Assembly: GCA_030390025.1 (NCBI GenBank)
Contig: CM059438.1
Location: 61,134,001-61,198,000, forward strand
Direction of reading: 5' to 3'
Source of the DNA: Squalus acanthias
Taxonomy: Eukaryota
Length of the DNA stretch: 64,000 bases
Part shown: piece after piece, positions 62,157 to 64,000 of the stretch
Position numbering within the stretch: the stretch's first letter is position 1
Layout of the letters: each line of letters opens with the position of its first letter
Made by a program: the position numbers and the translations under genes
The notes under the pieces: model-generated
Seen by the model: the letters and a program-made list of their open reading frames with translations, nothing else
Database searches by the model: none
Told to the model about the DNA's origin: nothing

Positions 62157-64000
62157 TGTGTGACTGAGTGTGTGTGTGAGGCTGAGGATGTGTGCGAGTG
62201 TGTGTGTGCGTGTATGTGTGCGTGTGTGTGGGTGAGTGTGTGTGTGAGTGCGACTGAGTGTGTGTGAGTGTGTGTGTGTGACTGAGTCTGTAAGTGTGTG
62301 TGAGTGTGAGTATGAGTATGTGTGGGTGTCTGAATTTGTGTGTGTGTGTGTGTGTGTGTGTGCACCTGAGTGTGTGTGTGTGAGACTGAGTATATGTGTG
62401 TTTGTGTGAGTGTGTGTTTGGGTGAGTGTGTGTTTGGGTAAGTGTGCGTGTGTTTTTTTGGATAAGAGTGTGTGTGATTGTGACTGAGTGTGTGCGAGTG
62501 TGTTTGGGTGAGTGTGTGCGAGTGTGTTTGGGTGAGTGTGTGCGAGTGTGTTTGGGTGAGTGTGTGCGAGTGTGTTTGGATGAGTGTGTGCGAGTGTGTT
62601 TGGGTGAGTGTGTGCGAGTGAGTTTGGGTGAGTGTGTGCGAGTGTGTTTGGGTGAGTGTGTGCGAGTGTGTTTGGGTGAGTGTGTGCGAGTGTGTTTGGG
62701 TGAGTGTGTGCGAGTGTGTTTATGTGAGTGTGTGTGAGTGTGTTTGGGTGAGTGTGTGCGAGTGTGTTTGGGTGAGTGTGTGCGAGTGTGTTTGGGTGAG
62801 TGTGTGCGAGTGTGTTTGGGGTGAGTGTGTGCGAGTGTGTTTGGATGAGTGTGTGCGAGTGTGTTTGGGTGAGTGTGTGCGAGTGTGTTTGGGTGAGTGT
62901 GTGCGAGCGTGTTTGGGTGAGTGTGTGCGAGTGTGTTTGGGTGAGTGTGTGCGAGTGTGTTTGGGTGAGTGTGCGAGTGTGTTTGGGTGAGTGTGTGCGA
63001 GTGTGTTTGGGTGAGTGTGTGCGAGTGTGTTTGGGTGAGTGTGTGCGAGTGTGTTTGGGTGTGTGTGTGCGAATGTGTTTGGATGAGTGTGTGCGAGTGT
63101 GTTTGGGTGAGTGTGTGTGAGTGTGACTGAGTGTGTGCGAGTGTGTTTGGGTGAGTGTGTGTGTGGTTGAGTGTGACTGAGTGTGTGCGAGTGTGTTTGG
63201 GTGAGTGTGTGCGAGTGTGTTTGGGTGAGTGTGTGCGAGTGTGTGCGAGTGTGTTTGGATGAGTGTGTGCGAGTGTGTTTGGGTGAGTGTGTGCGAGTGT
63301 GTTTGGGTGAGTGTGTGCGAGTGTGTTTGGATGAGTGTGTGCGAGTGTGTTTGGGTGAGTGTGTGCGAGTGTGTTTGGGTGAGTGTGTGCGAGTGTGTTT
63401 GGATGAGTGTGTGCGAGTGTGTTTGGGTGAGTGTGTGTGAGTGTGACTGAGTGTGTGCGAGTGTGTTTGGGTGAGTGTGTGTGTGGTTGAGTGTGACTGA
63501 GTGTGTGCGAGTGTGTTTGGGTGAGTGTGTGCGAGTGTGTTTGGGTGAGTGTGTGCGAGTGTGTGCGAGTGTGTTTGGATGAGTGTGTGCGAGTGTGTTT
63601 GGGTGAGTGTGTGCGAGTGTGTTTGGGTGAGTGTGTGCGAGTGTGTGCGAGTGTGTTTGGATGAGTGTGTGCGAGTGTGTGCGAGTGTGTTTGGGTGAGT
63701 GTGTGCGAGTGTGTTTGGGTGAGTGTGTGCGAGTGTGTTTGGGTGAGTGTGTGCAAGTGTGTTTGGGTGAGTGTGTGCAAGTGTGTTTGGGTGAGTGTGT
63801 GCGAGTGTGTTAAGGTGAGTGTGTGCGAGTGTGTTTGGGTGAGTGTGTGCGAGTGTGTTTGGGTGAGTGTGTTTGGGTGAGTGTGTGCGAGTGTGTGCGA
63901 GTGTGTTTGGATGAGTGCGTGCGAGTGTGTTTGGGTGAGTGTGTGTGAGTGTGACTGAGTGTGTGCGAGTGTGTTTGGGTGAGTGTGTGTGTGGTTGAGT
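62157..64000 (+). repeat. (TG)-rich microsatellite grading into a 24-bp satellite
   Basis: Unit gagtgtgtttgggtgagtgtgtgc from about 62490 to the window end. Confidence 0.97.

Noticed and set aside
62027..63880. His/Thr- and Cys/Val-rich ORFs (also 26441-26963, 39673-40115)
   Set aside because: Translations of TG-rich micro/minisatellites

Overview
Eukaryotic, repeat-saturated DNA, most likely from a cartilaginous fish. This is inferred from HE1/V-SINE-like and Deu-domain SINEs and several CR1 families with an esterase-type ORF1. No intact host gene is recognisable, and almost all long ORFs are transposon relics or simple repeats. Contents: (i) several CR1 LINEs, 3 of them near full length; (ii) a second, apparently single-ORF, poly(A)-tailed CR1/jockey-group LINE ('family B'); (iii) L2 fragments and SINEs; (iv) a PIF/Harbinger system, with two decayed autonomous-type copies (transposase plus convergent Myb/SANT gene), a third Myb-bearing relic and five ~896-bp MITEs, three of which sit at the same register of a CR1 (GACTCTAT)n tail; (v) two long solo LTRs (1322 and 1492 bp) with 4-bp TSDs, one with a spumavirus-like layout; (vi) a 30-bp minisatellite, an interstitial telomeric array and a 24-bp GT-rich satellite. 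A head-to-tail tandem duplication (about 14546-30286 vs 30297-52019) supplies empty-site controls for many insertions. Its breakpoint cuts a candidate orphan exon (14381-14936, minus strand). All identities and counts were made by eye, and no database searches were run.
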